NCBI GenBank assembly: GCA_028534125.1 | Contig: CM052816.1 | Span: forward strand, 72,108,001-72,172,000 | DNA length: 64,000 bases | From: Lama glama | Lineage: Eukaryota | Direction of reading: 5' to 3' | Shown: piece after piece, positions 1 through 11,960 of the stretch | Layout of the letters: the number at the start of each line of letters is the position of its first letter | Numbering within the stretch: position 1 is the first letter of the stretch | Notes under the pieces: model-generated | Told to the model about the DNA's origin: nothing | The model's database searches: none | What the model saw: the letters and a program-made list of their open reading frames with translations, nothing else | Program-made: the position numbers and the translations under genes

Positions 1-139
1 ACATTATAAGAGTTAGGGAAATACAATCCATACGCCAGAAGAGAAATGGAATATCTATTATGTGGTCCTACTGGCCCACAACTAAAGGAAATTCAGAAAT
101 CCAGAGAAATTAAAGTGGTCTACCCTGATATATGTGGCT

Positions 140-198
140 TTTTCTTCCCTTTTCTTTCTTTCTCTCTCAATCTCTCTCATTCTCTCTCTCTCTTTTTT
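140..198 (+). repeat. CT-rich / (TC)n low-complexity tract
   Basis: tttttcttcccttttctttctttctctctcaatctctctcattctctctctctctttttt. Confidence 0.8.
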
Positions 199-2439
199 GG
201 GAGATACATGCTTGGCTGATGGGCCTGGATATAGTAGCAGAGCTTCCTCAAATCTTAAAAAATCTTCAGCATGCCCTCTCCTCCAAATCATCAACTCCAA
301 AATTACAATCATCCAACCACAAAGAGTGATCAAAATGCAGAACAGTCACAGTCTGGCAACCTTCCAAGCTACTTTAAGCACTACTCACAATACAAAGGTT
401 AGAATATTATTAAATTGCCTTGAACTTTTAAAAAAAATGGATGATGGTATGATCATAAAGCAAAGGATACTGTTTTATATGGGGTAAAAGTTTGAAACAT
501 CATAAGCAAATTATTAGAACCATTTCATTCCTGACCAAATGAGAATTTTGTGATTTGTAATTCCTTACCTTTCTAAAACTATCCACCTCAAGTTGTTTTT
601 GATGACACTGATCAATTTTTTTTATAAATACATGAGTATAGGAGTCAAATTATAATGAAAAACATAAAATACCCTCATTCTGTTGCATGATTCAAGGTGA
701 GACATATTCAGACTGATCATAGGGTTACTCATGGTCTCCCACAGACCTACCTCCCTTCCTGCACAAGAGCCCATGAATCAGAATTGTCATCACTGTTTAC
801 AAGTGTGGTTCAACACAGCCAGAATGCTGCTTGTGAACGACTTGGCCAGGGAGAGCTAAAACTCTCTACGTAAGTAATAAACATATCACCAGTCACTCTT
901 TCCATGGCCTCCTTCAGCTCACTTTCAGAGGGTTTTGCCTATCTCTGCTACTTTCATCTCTTACAGAGAACTTAGATGTGGTTAGCTGCCTTTCTCATTA
1001 GATGTCACATAAAAAAAATGACACCAAATAGCCTATTATGCATATTGAGGTACTTTTGCTCTTCAAACTCCATTAAGTTCGTATAAACCTCAGTTAAGTA
1101 AAAGAACAGCTAATTAGAACAGTCTGTTTTCAATAGACTTACACGTCTGCAAGGAAGATGACTCCGAGACCTTCTGTCCAACTACTCCTTCTCCCATGTG
1201 TCCAAGCCACAGTATTTGAGACCAGACAGTAAATTCATTCTTATTTATTTTAAGTAAATCAAACTAGTCCTGCTATGATTCACCTTTACATCATGAGGCC
1301 TCTGGGAAATTATTTATTCTGGAAACATCCTCTGTAGTTAGAGAAAATCTAGAGCAGGCAAGAACATGGCTTGCATTCATTAAGATTTAAGTTGGATCAA
1401 AATTTGTAAGTGGAAGAGGCAAGAGGGAAAAAAATAAAAACCATTTATGACTTTAGATACTTCACTCAAATGAAGTTCCAAATATTTCCGTGATTTCAAC
1501 AGATCATAATTATCAATAATTTTATTAATAATGGAGAATACTAATAGGGATGATCGTAAGTACTTAATAAATGCTTGCTGAAGAAACAAAAATATTCATA
1601 TCTATATGATGGTACGATTCAGGCCTAGATAGCATGGAAATATGTGTAAAAACATCTTTAAAAGCAATCAGCTTTTGGGTGCTAAGGTGATCCTCTAAAG
1701 AAAAACATGTATTTCCAATGAAAATCAGTTGAATTCTATGTTGTGTTGAATGATGAACAATGTCCCACAGACTTTTTTCTTTTGGGGGGGTGCAGTTAAA
1801 TTACTGCAATTCAAGTTTTAAGCTTTCAAGCAAAGTTCGACTAAAGTTAAAGAATTAGTCACTGTTTGGGACTATTTACTGATAGTCCCTATTGCCTTCT
1901 TCATTTATTCATTCTATGCTACTTACTGGATCTCCATAGTCCTGTCCTGGAGCCATAGTACAGATCAACTGTGAAATGATCACAACTAATTTGCAAGAAC
2001 TTTGAAACAAAGATACGCTTTTCCAAGTATAATCCCAAACATTCTCACTCACCTGCAGCCTAATGCACCTGCATGAGTAGGAGAGAGAGCGTCCAGATAC
2101 ACAACCCCAGCTTATTTCGGCCGCGGGTGGCTGTGAGTTTCTCTTTCTAAGGGAAACTAAAACACCCAGCAATTGTAAATTACAGCCGTATTATACTTCC
2201 TGACAAAAGTATTTGTGCGCTCTCTCAAAATCTGGACACCTCCACTGAAAAGAATGTAACTGGTTCCTATGAACATTTTTCACGGATGTTGGCCACTGAA
2301 AACAATCAAGATCCCCCTAGCCTGTATTTTATACATGCCGTGTGCTATGCGAAATACCGGAGTACAAGCATGACTGGAAACCAAAACAAAACAAAAGGAA
2401 GGCAAACAACAAAAAAGTGTGCTCCCCCAGCCTTCAGAG

Positions 2440-2830
2440 AACTCAGGGTCTACAGGGAGAGAAGTGAACCAATAACGACAAGACATGAAGAGAATAAGAA
2501 ATGAGGTACGAGCCAAATGTGATGGGGAGTGCCGGGGACAGAACAGCTGAATCTGCAGAGAGAGTCAAAGCAGGCCCAGAGAAAAGCTGACCTTTGGACG
2601 GGGCTTGAATAAAGACAGCAACCGGGTTTGAGAGGGAAGCACTGCCTGATAAGAGAGCAGCTCGGGCAAATACCAAAGTCAAGAGGAAGTACAACGTGTG
2701 TGGAGAAGGGAACAGTCCTGGCTTGGGTGGGTGAGGCTGGAACCCAGGTGAGGCTGGGAGAGGGGTCTGGAACTCCACGGGGACCTGGAGACCATCCTTA
2801 AGGCAAATAACGAAAATCTTAACTAATGAG
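2440..2830 (-). mobile_element. Degenerate L2 LINE fragment
   Basis: Purine-rich stretch resembling the reverse strand of the L2 3' body; highly diverged, boundaries approximate. Confidence 0.4.
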
Positions 2831-3473
2831 ATCTGACTCATGGAAGGAAACTAGTATGATGGCAGAAAAGGATTTTTCTTAAATTAAGGAGAGGGAAAAA
2901 AAGGTGAATAAGGATGGTGGGGATTTCTGAATGATTAAAGTGATAAAAAAAATGGTCTGGAAATGTATCACCAAGTAAAACATTAAGTAAGTGCAGCATA
3001 AAATACATTATCATTCAAACACACATTGTGCAAATTTATGTCTTTTTTTTTCCTTTTTTTTAGGGGCCAGATCACATATCACAATGAGATCTGGATACCA
3101 GCGGTTACGCATTATTCACTTTTATTGTCTACACGAATGTTCCCTTGATTTATGAGAACAGCAGGGGCCCAGCTGGCCAAATTTGTAGGAACTGATTACG
3201 ATGCTACTTAAGACTGATATTTTATCAGACCAGCTCTCCAAAGTGACTAATTTCTTTAATGCAATGTCATCTTAAACCACATGTACAACAAAACAAAACC
3301 AAACCAAACCACCAGCCGTAAATATGCCATTTTGTGTAAGTAGAAACGTTATAGATTCTTTCCTATACTTTCAAATATAATTAAGCCCAAGAAAATTTCT
3401 AAATAACTCCAAAAGAAAATCCCAGGGACTCTCCAAATAATTTTAATTTGCACTCACCAGAGCACTTACGTAC

Positions 3474-3568
3474 CTGAGAGAAACTGCGCGTGGCCCGTAT
3501 ATCTCTCTCACTGCCGACAGGTCCGCTTCCAGCTGGGGGTGCTTGTGCAGCTCCCCGTCATAGTTCAC
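3474..3568 (-). CDS. PARP8: PARP8 coding exon (95 nt), VNYDGELHKHPQLEADLSAVREIYGPRAVSL(R)
   Basis: Acceptor gttccgccag, donor gtacgt. Carries the HPQLEADL..VREIY motif of PARP6/PARP8 and ends in phase 2. Confidence 0.96.
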
Positions 3569-4840
3569 CTGGCGGAACAGGATTCATGCGAAGTGACTGA
3601 GGGTGAAGACAATCAAGAGAACCAACTACAGACAATCTCCTGACAGGTTCCCCTCTCGGTTCTGCCACGGGCATTCTCCCTGTCGTCTTTATTAAAGCGT
3701 ACAGATAGTTCAGCAGTGTACAAACTAAAGTTCTTAGGTTCACATCCATCTACTGTAATTTATTATAGTAAAATTAGACTGCTTTGTAGAGTAAAATTAG
3801 ACTACTCTGATACGAAGATAATGCCATTGTTAAAGGCAGGAAGCAAGTGTCTGGCAGATAATATGGAAAACTTCTAGGCTGAAAAACAGCATTTACTTCC
3901 TCTATATACGAATTAGCTGTGTAAGCAAAAACAGAAAGAATTATTTTACAAAATGTTAAAGTGCTATATCGGTTAAAGAATCATTAGGAAAAGTACCCCA
4001 TTCTTAGTAAGGCATTTCTGGAGGAAAAAACCTAGTTTTATTTATGTCCATATCTATACTTCTTTGCCTATGCCTGATTGACAAATTACTGATTTTTTAA
4101 TTCTGAATGCATAAATTGCTTGTATTCTTTTATGTAATAACAACTTTGGCTTTAAAGCATCTCTTTAACATATTACCTTTCAATGGAAATACTATCCAAG
4201 TTACAAAAGATATTTCATCAAGAAGTTTACAGAAACAGAACAAGACACCTATGTAGCCATATCCTAAAATGAATTGTTGAGTTTTAAACTATAACATTAT
4301 CCTGGAAAAATATAATTAATCCTTGTGTATCTATGCATATACAGCTATGCTACTTTCATGTACATAAATTACGATGTTTCTTTGTAACAACTTTTCAACA
4401 GACACTTTATATCAGGATAAGAGGGAAGGAAAATGATAAATACAAATAATAAGGATGCTCAATAATTAGGGCCCATCAATTTTAATAAAGGTTAATTATC
4501 TTCCATTTAAAACAATCCATGCTTTTATTAGAAGCGTCGCCATTTCAAAATAAATGTAAAAGTTAAAAGCACAATAAAATGCTGTCTGCAAAATCTCTGT
4601 AATGAAGTAAGACAACTTCTATAAATAAATGATTATAGTTAAAAAAATTGTAAAAGAAACCTTAATTTCTGGAAATATGTAGAAAATGAGAAACAAATAA
4701 ACTACATGAGTTTCCTAGTTAGTTACAGAGCTCTCAGCAACACACAGGTCTCTCAGATCACGAGCACAGGTTTCCGCTGCAACACGTCTGGCTGTTGCTA
4801 CCTTTGAGACTAGACACTTGGGAGCACCTGGTGTGCTTAC

Positions 4841-4918
4841 CTGTCCCCCATAATAAAATTCTTCAGAATCATTATCACCTTCAGAATCTTCTTCCACTGT
4901 ACTATTTTGTCTTGATTC
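4841..4918 (-). CDS. PARP8: PARP8 coding exon (78 nt), ESRQNSTVEEDSEGDNDSEEFYYGGQ
   Basis: Acceptor ttattattttaag, donor gtaagc. Contains the acidic DSEGDNxSEEF motif shared by PARP6 and PARP8; visible in ORF 4715..4897. Confidence 0.97.
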
Positions 4919-6401
4919 CTTAAAATAATAAGGAAAGTAATTTTAACGGACGAACCAGTGTGCCTCCTTTTGAAAAGAACATAGCAAGTGGCCGGAATAG
5001 GTGGGTCTTGTGCATATCATGCGTAGCATATAGATTTTAAATAAAAATATTCGTGGTGCAGAACAAGCCAGAAACACAAGGTAGTAAGGGACAGTTTTGT
5101 GGGTGTATTAAGCTCTTTGTACGTCCTTTTTAGAAGTTCTACTTTGCTGATCTTGAGTTGTACAATTTAGTATTTGATGTGTATAAAAAAAACTACGTAT
5201 TATCAATCACAACTTTGGTTTTGTTCTGATAAAACACGTGACAACCTCATGTTAATACACTTTTTATTAAAAAGTTCCTCAGCATTAGTTATCCCAGACT
5301 GTTCTCACTTCCACTGCCAACTCTACACAATGGTATGAAAGAAAGGACACTTTGAATCTAATAATATAAAAATCAAATTATGGAAATAAGTATGAGTCAC
5401 ATTATAAAGAGAACTTTCGGTATGTAGAAACTGTTTGTTTTAGATTTCAGATTTCAAAAGGATATTTAATTAAATATGCCTGAACTTCAAGCTTCAGTTT
5501 CTAATTAACTGAACCACATCCATTACGTGTCTAAGGTGCAAACAATGAAAATTCATCTAAAGTAGCTAATGGTGGCATTTCTATCCCTGGCTCTGTTAAA
5601 ATGAAAGAAAAGAAAGGTAGCTTCCTTTAGACACAGGAATCTATCAGTCCAATATTCTGTAACCACCCCTAAATTTCTAAACCAAACTTCAAATTCATAA
5701 GGGAAAAAAGACTAGAAAAGGGTATTCAGATTTTACAAAATACTAACAGTTTTTGGTTTTAGCAGACGACTGCTCAATCAGTGACTCTCTGGGTAGCTTA
5801 AGAAGAGCAGGAGGAAGGTGACTTGGAGAGGAAAGGAGGGTTGTTATCCAGTGCATGGTTTTAAAATGAAGAGTTGTCCATCCTGACAGTGTTTATTTCC
5901 AGATTCAAGTGAATTTGTAAATAAAGGTGAAGAAAGGGGATGAATCTGTTGCTGCTGTTTTAACACTAGTCAAAAAAAAGAAGACCATACCCAGTCTCTG
6001 TGCTCCTTTCGCTAGAAAGATCATCTTTTACAGATGAAATGTTAAGGGTCCCACCAAAACTATGTCTGGACACATACAGTTATAACCATATTACATAAGT
6101 GCACCTCAATCACCTACGTTATTGGATGAAAATACAGAGAATAAGTTAGGTTTTGCATGCATTTTATTTAGATTTAAACCAGATGTTCTTCCTATGACTT
6201 TAAAGATAGTTAATTTTAGGTTAATTTTACGCCACCACCTTCCCCACACACAAGTCGCTAAGCCACGAGCTTGCACCTCATTCACTATATTCAGTCTTAA
6301 CCTAGATAATAATGATATGAACTACGAATACATAGGAAATTTAGAATATATCTATACTGTTTTAAAGAAATATAATAAAATATAAAATGTAATTTACATA
6401 C

Positions 6402-6472
6402 CTCCCCATTTTCCTTCTGTAATTTGGATTTTATGGATAAGCAACAGTTAATGTCATTTGTCTTTCTTAATT
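6402..6472 (-). CDS. PARP8: PARP8 coding exon (71 nt), ELRKTNDINCCLSIKSKLQKENGE
   Basis: Acceptor actttcag, donor gtatgt. Translated by hand (not in the ORF track); it continues the frame from the 90-nt exon and ends in phase 0. Confidence 0.96.
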
Positions 6473-6673
6473 CTGAAAGTTATAATTAAAAAGTCATTTT
6501 AGTTTTCAGTATATTATTTACCAAACATTCATAAGTTTCAGTATAAAAACACCCCAAAGGTGACTCTCCTTTGCAAGAGAGTTAAGGGAAATTTTGAAAT
6601 TTTATTATGTTGGAGAATTACTTTAAATATAAGCTATTCTGATTTTTCCTTACCCATAAAAATGGTCAAACTA

Positions 6674-6891
6674 TTCAAAATTGTAGAATAGATAGACAAG
6701 ATTATACTGTATAGCACAGAGAAATATACACAAGATCTTATGGTAGCTCACAGAGAAAAAAATGTGACAATGAATATATATATGTTCATGTATAACTGAA
6801 AAATTGTGCTCTACACTGGAATTTGACACAACACTGTAAAATGATTATAAATCAATAAAAAATGTTAAAAAAAAGACCAGGAAAAAAAAAA
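6674..6891 (+). mobile_element. Young 5'-truncated L1 3'UTR with poly(A) and TSD (camelid-type)
   Basis: Body attatactgtatagcacagagaaatata...gtgctctacactggaatttgacacaac, then AATAAA at 6854 and an A-tail. Flanking direct repeat gtcaaacta at 6665-6673 and 6892-6900. Confidence 0.9.
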
Positions 6892-7267
6892 GTCAAACTA
6901 AAGTGCCACCATACAGATTCCTTCAGCTCTCATTATATATATTTCATGGAATCTACACTGCCTTCAGTACATTTTTTAAATATTCAATTTGTCTAGCAGT
7001 ATCATTACGTATGAAAATATTTTCACAAGAGCAAATATCAACAGTGTTTTTAAACAAGACTTTTTGAAAGTACTAATTTATGCATTCAAAAAAACTGTTG
7101 AAAAACAAACTAACGCACTTTAAATAGAAAATTTGTGTGGAGAACCAGATTCACAGGTGCCAGAGATAAATATCTGTTACACGGGTCAAAGGGAACCAAA
7201 AAACAAAGCTACCTGCAATTAAGAAAATATTAACCTGGAATTTAAAAAAATAGTATATTCCTATTAC

Positions 7268-7357
7268 CTGTTGCTATTCGATGAAAAATTACTGGAATTG
7301 GCTCTGTAGTAACTAATACATCTTCATCGTTTTCTGAACTTGACACATAGGTATTAT
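7268..7357 (-). CDS. PARP8: PARP8 coding exon (90 nt), DNTYVSSSENDEDVLVTTEPIPVIFHRIAT(E)
   Basis: Acceptor tttcttttcag, donor gtaata. The peptide is visible in ORF 7242..7454, and phases 1/1 fit both neighbours. Confidence 0.97.
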
Positions 7358-10079
7358 CTGAAAAGAAATATGGACAATTAATGGCATTGTAACTTGAAAA
7401 AATACAACCTTTATTAAAAAAAATTAAGGTTGACTTCCAACACTGATGAAGCATGCACTACTGATTGATCTCAGAAAAAATAAATTGCAGATTCATGTGT
7501 GAATGAATTGTAAATGGCTTCTTTAAAGACGTGTGCATCTCCTAGAAAAATACAGACTTGGGATAGAGACTATCCAAACACGCCTCTAATATCCCACGTG
7601 GCAATAGATCATCTGAACGCAACTGGTTGCGTTGCCCCAACTCACTGAAGAGGGTCCTTCTCAATACCAATGTCAACATGTACTACAGGAAGCAGGGTCA
7701 GCGAGTGGAGGCACACGACTCCACAAGATCACTTGGTGCAACAAAAAAGATTCAACACCAAGTCATTAAGGAATTTAAGCTAAAGACTTGTTGTAAGTCA
7801 TACTCCTCATATTATTCTAATATATATTTTTGAATTGATATAAAGTCTCTCTTTTTTCTTCCACAAATTTTATGTGAATAATACAAGTTGAATGCACAAA
7901 ATATTAAATTATTCCATTGATTCTTTAAGTTTCTTATTCATTATTTGTTTCCTCTGGGGGGGGAATAGTATTTTTATAAATTTAGGATTCTTCCCTGATA
8001 AATACTGATCTTCAAGCATATGGTAACATAACACACACAGCTGTTTATTCTACTTTGCTTTTTGATGATTATAGGGCATCTGTGATACAGATATTCACCA
8101 AACATTTCACCAGTTTCTAAAATAATGGTCCTATAATATGCTCGTCAGTGATGTATAAAAAATACAAAAATATATATAAAAAATAAAAGTATAAAATACA
8201 CCCAACAAATAACAGAAGCCTATATTGATTTCTGCTAGGGAAATGAGTGTTCAGATGACTTGTGAATACATGATAAAGGATCTTGAGCCAAGTTTTCATA
8301 ATATTGTGTCAGTACAGCAAGAACATGACTTTTAATTGACAGATAGCTAAGTCATTATTTCCAAAGAAACATCTGTACTGTTTTTAGACCTTGAGTAGTG
8401 AGTAAATCATAGTGCTATGTATTCACAGAAAAGCCACAGAGACTCTCAATAAACATAAGGCTTCAAGTTATTCAGGAAGGTGATAAGAGATGGGGGTGGA
8501 TTCGATTTGAAACAAAGCAGGTACGCCTCATTACTTTTATTTGTCTTAATCACAAATTTTGCCTTATTTCCTCTTTAAGTAGCATCTTGAAGAGGGGAGG
8601 GTGTGAGATTTTTTTGTCTATCAAGTGAGACCCCTGAATAAGAAACAGATTTACTATAACTTTAATTACTGTCTCATCATACTAGTTGAGCTTTTGACCA
8701 CTTATCTAGAGTTCTTCTGTCAGTAACTTCATACTTTAATTTCAGGTGAGGAGAAAAAAAAAACCCTCTCTTTTAAAGCCAGTTTTTAAATTTCTTAAGC
8801 CATCATTCGAAGTCTTACTGAGTTAGTTATCTGCTACTGAACCTCTTGAAGAAAAAGAGCATTAAAGCAACAGAAGCAATAGCTGACCACCAACTGGACG
8901 GGAAGATCTGGAAAAATCCGCACAGCGGACACGGTATCATAGAGCATCTCAGCGTCATGGAATGAGGAAGATTTTACTAAAGCATCAAATAAATTAGCAC
9001 TTCCTGTTTAAGAAAACAGGGAAGTGAGTAACTCAGTTTAAAGGATCAAATGGCTTACATAAAGTGTTGACACTGGAAGGCAGTGAGATTTGATTCAAAA
9101 GAATAGAATTTGGTAAAGCTATGCTGCATAATGCTGAAAGATAGGATTATGCCTTCAAACATATCATTTTCTAAGAGATTTTCTACCAGTTTGTATTTTA
9201 ATTAGTATTTAGGCATCAGAACACTTTAAATCTCTGCTTTTGGCTTAATATAAACCAAATCAAACTGTTTTTAGTTTTCATGACAATATCTATTAAATCA
9301 CCATTATGATACAAGAGGCCAGATCACAGAGGTACACCCAAGTCAAGAACAGAAATGTAAGGGAGTACACAAAGCACTTCAGATCTGGACTCTGCTACCA
9401 ACTAGCTGTTGATCCCTTTTAATCTAAACCACTCTCTGCTTAGTTATAAGATGAAGAGGTTTGCGGATGATCTTTGAGGAGCATCCCAGCTGTTTGAACC
9501 GATTCTGTTTTCCGTTGTTGTTGTTGTTTAACTTATTTCTAAATCTTCCTGAAACTATTCTGACATCTGTAATAATAACATCACATTTGTTTTGACATAG
9601 GGAAGTAGGACACAAAAGGGTAACGAATGCATTTAAGGTAATTAGTCAAAAACAGAACAGAATGCTTTCAAACTCAAATTCCTTAGCTGGAAGTCTTCCC
9701 TAGAGCTGCCAATATTTTTCTTAAAACTTTTGAGGACATTTAGGTTCTTTTAAGTGTATGTTCTGTAGAGGACCTATTGATCTTTGTTAAAGGCTGTTAA
9801 CAGTATGAATATTTTCTCTTCCCTTCCCTACAAGACTATGCAAGCTTTACTAGAACTTCCGTGGACAACTGGGGAGAGATGAGTAGAGAGCTATGGAAAT
9901 GCATCTCTTAAATTACTGCTTTCAATCTATTTCAAATACAACATAATTTAACCCATCATTCCATTATTCATTACTATGTAACTTAATAGAAATAATTATA
10001 AATTATAATTATATTGGTTTTATAATACAATCTGGATATTTTCCCTATATATGATATTCATGTCAACCCCAAGTCATTC

Positions 10080-10220
10080 AATTATTATCCCTACTTTAAA
10101 GGTGAGGAAACCAAGGCTCAGAGAAATTAATTAATTTGCCCAAAATATTTAAGTCATTAAGTAATTACACATAGCTAGTAAGTGGCGAAACTGTCTGAAT
10201 CCAAAAATCAATGCTTTGCC
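10080..10220 (-). mobile_element. MIR SINE
   Basis: attattatccctactttaaaggtgaggaaaccaaggctcagaga...cacatagctagtaagtggc is the reverse MIR core. Confidence 0.85.
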
Positions 10221-10779
10221 ATGTTTTTTAAATATCAAAGACTGTCACTCGACAATTGCAAAATCTTGCAAAACATATAAAAAGGATGAGAGAATTCACA
10301 CCTACCAGTAGGTAAGCCACATAATTAAAGGTGGGAACTAATGAGGAAGAAATCGGCTGATCGTAGTAGAGCCAATAACCTGTTATTTGTAATGTACTGA
10401 TCTTTGAAAAACAAACCCCAAAAATTGTCTACAGTATAAACTCCATGAAGAAGCACAGGTAAGTCAGAAGGCTGTTCTACTTCATTTTATTCTGAAGAGC
10501 CAATGCATCTTTAGTATTTCATCTATATTCATGTTATTATGTATATCTAAAACTCAATTAAAGACCCTCTAAATTTTCATTTTCACAAAAACAAACTATG
10601 AAGTGAGTTCCAATAGATGACACAGGCAGCTTAATAAATTAAAGTTATACAATGAGGGTGACGTAATCCTGAATTTGAAGGATTATGCCGATACAGTTTC
10701 ATAGGGCAAAGAAAATTCCAACTTTCAAATGATAATGAGATAATCATTGAACCATACAATCCAGGAGGAGTAGGGAAAA

Positions 10780-11700
10780 GAGCCTGAGGAACACTGGCAG
10801 AAGGAATTAATACAAGTACTACCAAGACTGCTACATTTAGAAATTCAAAGCAACATAAAAGAGAGCTATTTGTTTGAGATAGTTTTTATAATAGGCAAAC
10901 TTTTTGGAAGAAAAATCAAAGTGGGGAAAAAAGGCAAGAACAAATAGAAAATAACAGAAATGAGAAAGCAGAAATAACCACAGAGATAGAGAAGATGTTT
11001 AGAGTTACAGACTACTAAAAAAAAAACTTTCTGCTAAAAAACTTGGACATTTCACGAACATAGTGGGCTTTCAAGAAAAATACATGTTAAAAAATGACTA
11101 AGAAATAGAAAAGCAAAAATCACTAATCATGGCAGAAAAATGAGAGTTGCCCTAAAACCATCCCTAAAAAGATACCAGTCTCAGATAGATTTGCTTGCAA
11201 ATTCTATCAAATGCCAAAGAATAGTTTAATTCCCTCAGTAATCTGAAGTCCGTAGTAACACAGAACATGACAAAATACACATATTGCTTACAGATCATCA
11301 GTGAGCTATCTGCTAATATAACTTGTCACCTTGTTGTTCAAAGGAGAAAACATTAGATGCCAAACAAAAACTTGATAAAGATTTAATACTCACTCTTTAA
11401 AAAAATAGAATAAAAAAAAGCTTGGTAAATGAGAAAAGGAATGATACTTCCTTTTCTGAAAGCAACTGGAAGCATGCTCACTAATTTTGAGAGAAGGGAC
11501 AAAGCTGCCAATCCACATCTACTATTAGAAATCATTCTGGAAGTTCCAGCCAGTGCAAGAGGAGAAAAAAATACAGGTATGAAAACCGGAAAGGACAAGC
11601 AAACATATTTTTCCTACAGTATTACCTAGATGAGAAATCAAGTATATTAACTGAACTCCTGGTACAAATAATTACACATTAAAATTTAATAATGGGGAAA
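10780..11700 (+). mobile_element. Old L1M ORF2 (RT region) remnant
   Basis: ORF 11429..11629 LLLEIILEVPASARGEKNTGMKTGKDK resembles L1 ORF2 [29 protein letters not shown]; the strand is A-rich. Confidence 0.8.
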
Positions 11701-11779
11701 ATATTACCATAGTAATTAACATTCACTTTGAAGGAAGCACCATAAAAATACCACTACTTCTTCTTCAGAAGTGACAGCA

Positions 11780-11960
11780 ATCAGAACCGAATTACAGACT
11801 TGGGTACCACCAAACTACACATCCTTGGGAAATATTTCACCTCTCAGAGCACATTTCTTCACATATAAAATGTCATGATAGCACTTGCTCTGTCTATACA
11901 CAGACTGGCATTTAGAATCAATTCAATACTGTGAATGAAAATGCTTTGTGTACGGTGAAC
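11780..11960 (+). mobile_element. MIR SINE fragment
   Basis: ccttgggaaatatttcacctctcagagcacatttcttcacatataaaatg...gtgaatgaaaatgctttgt. Confidence 0.65.
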
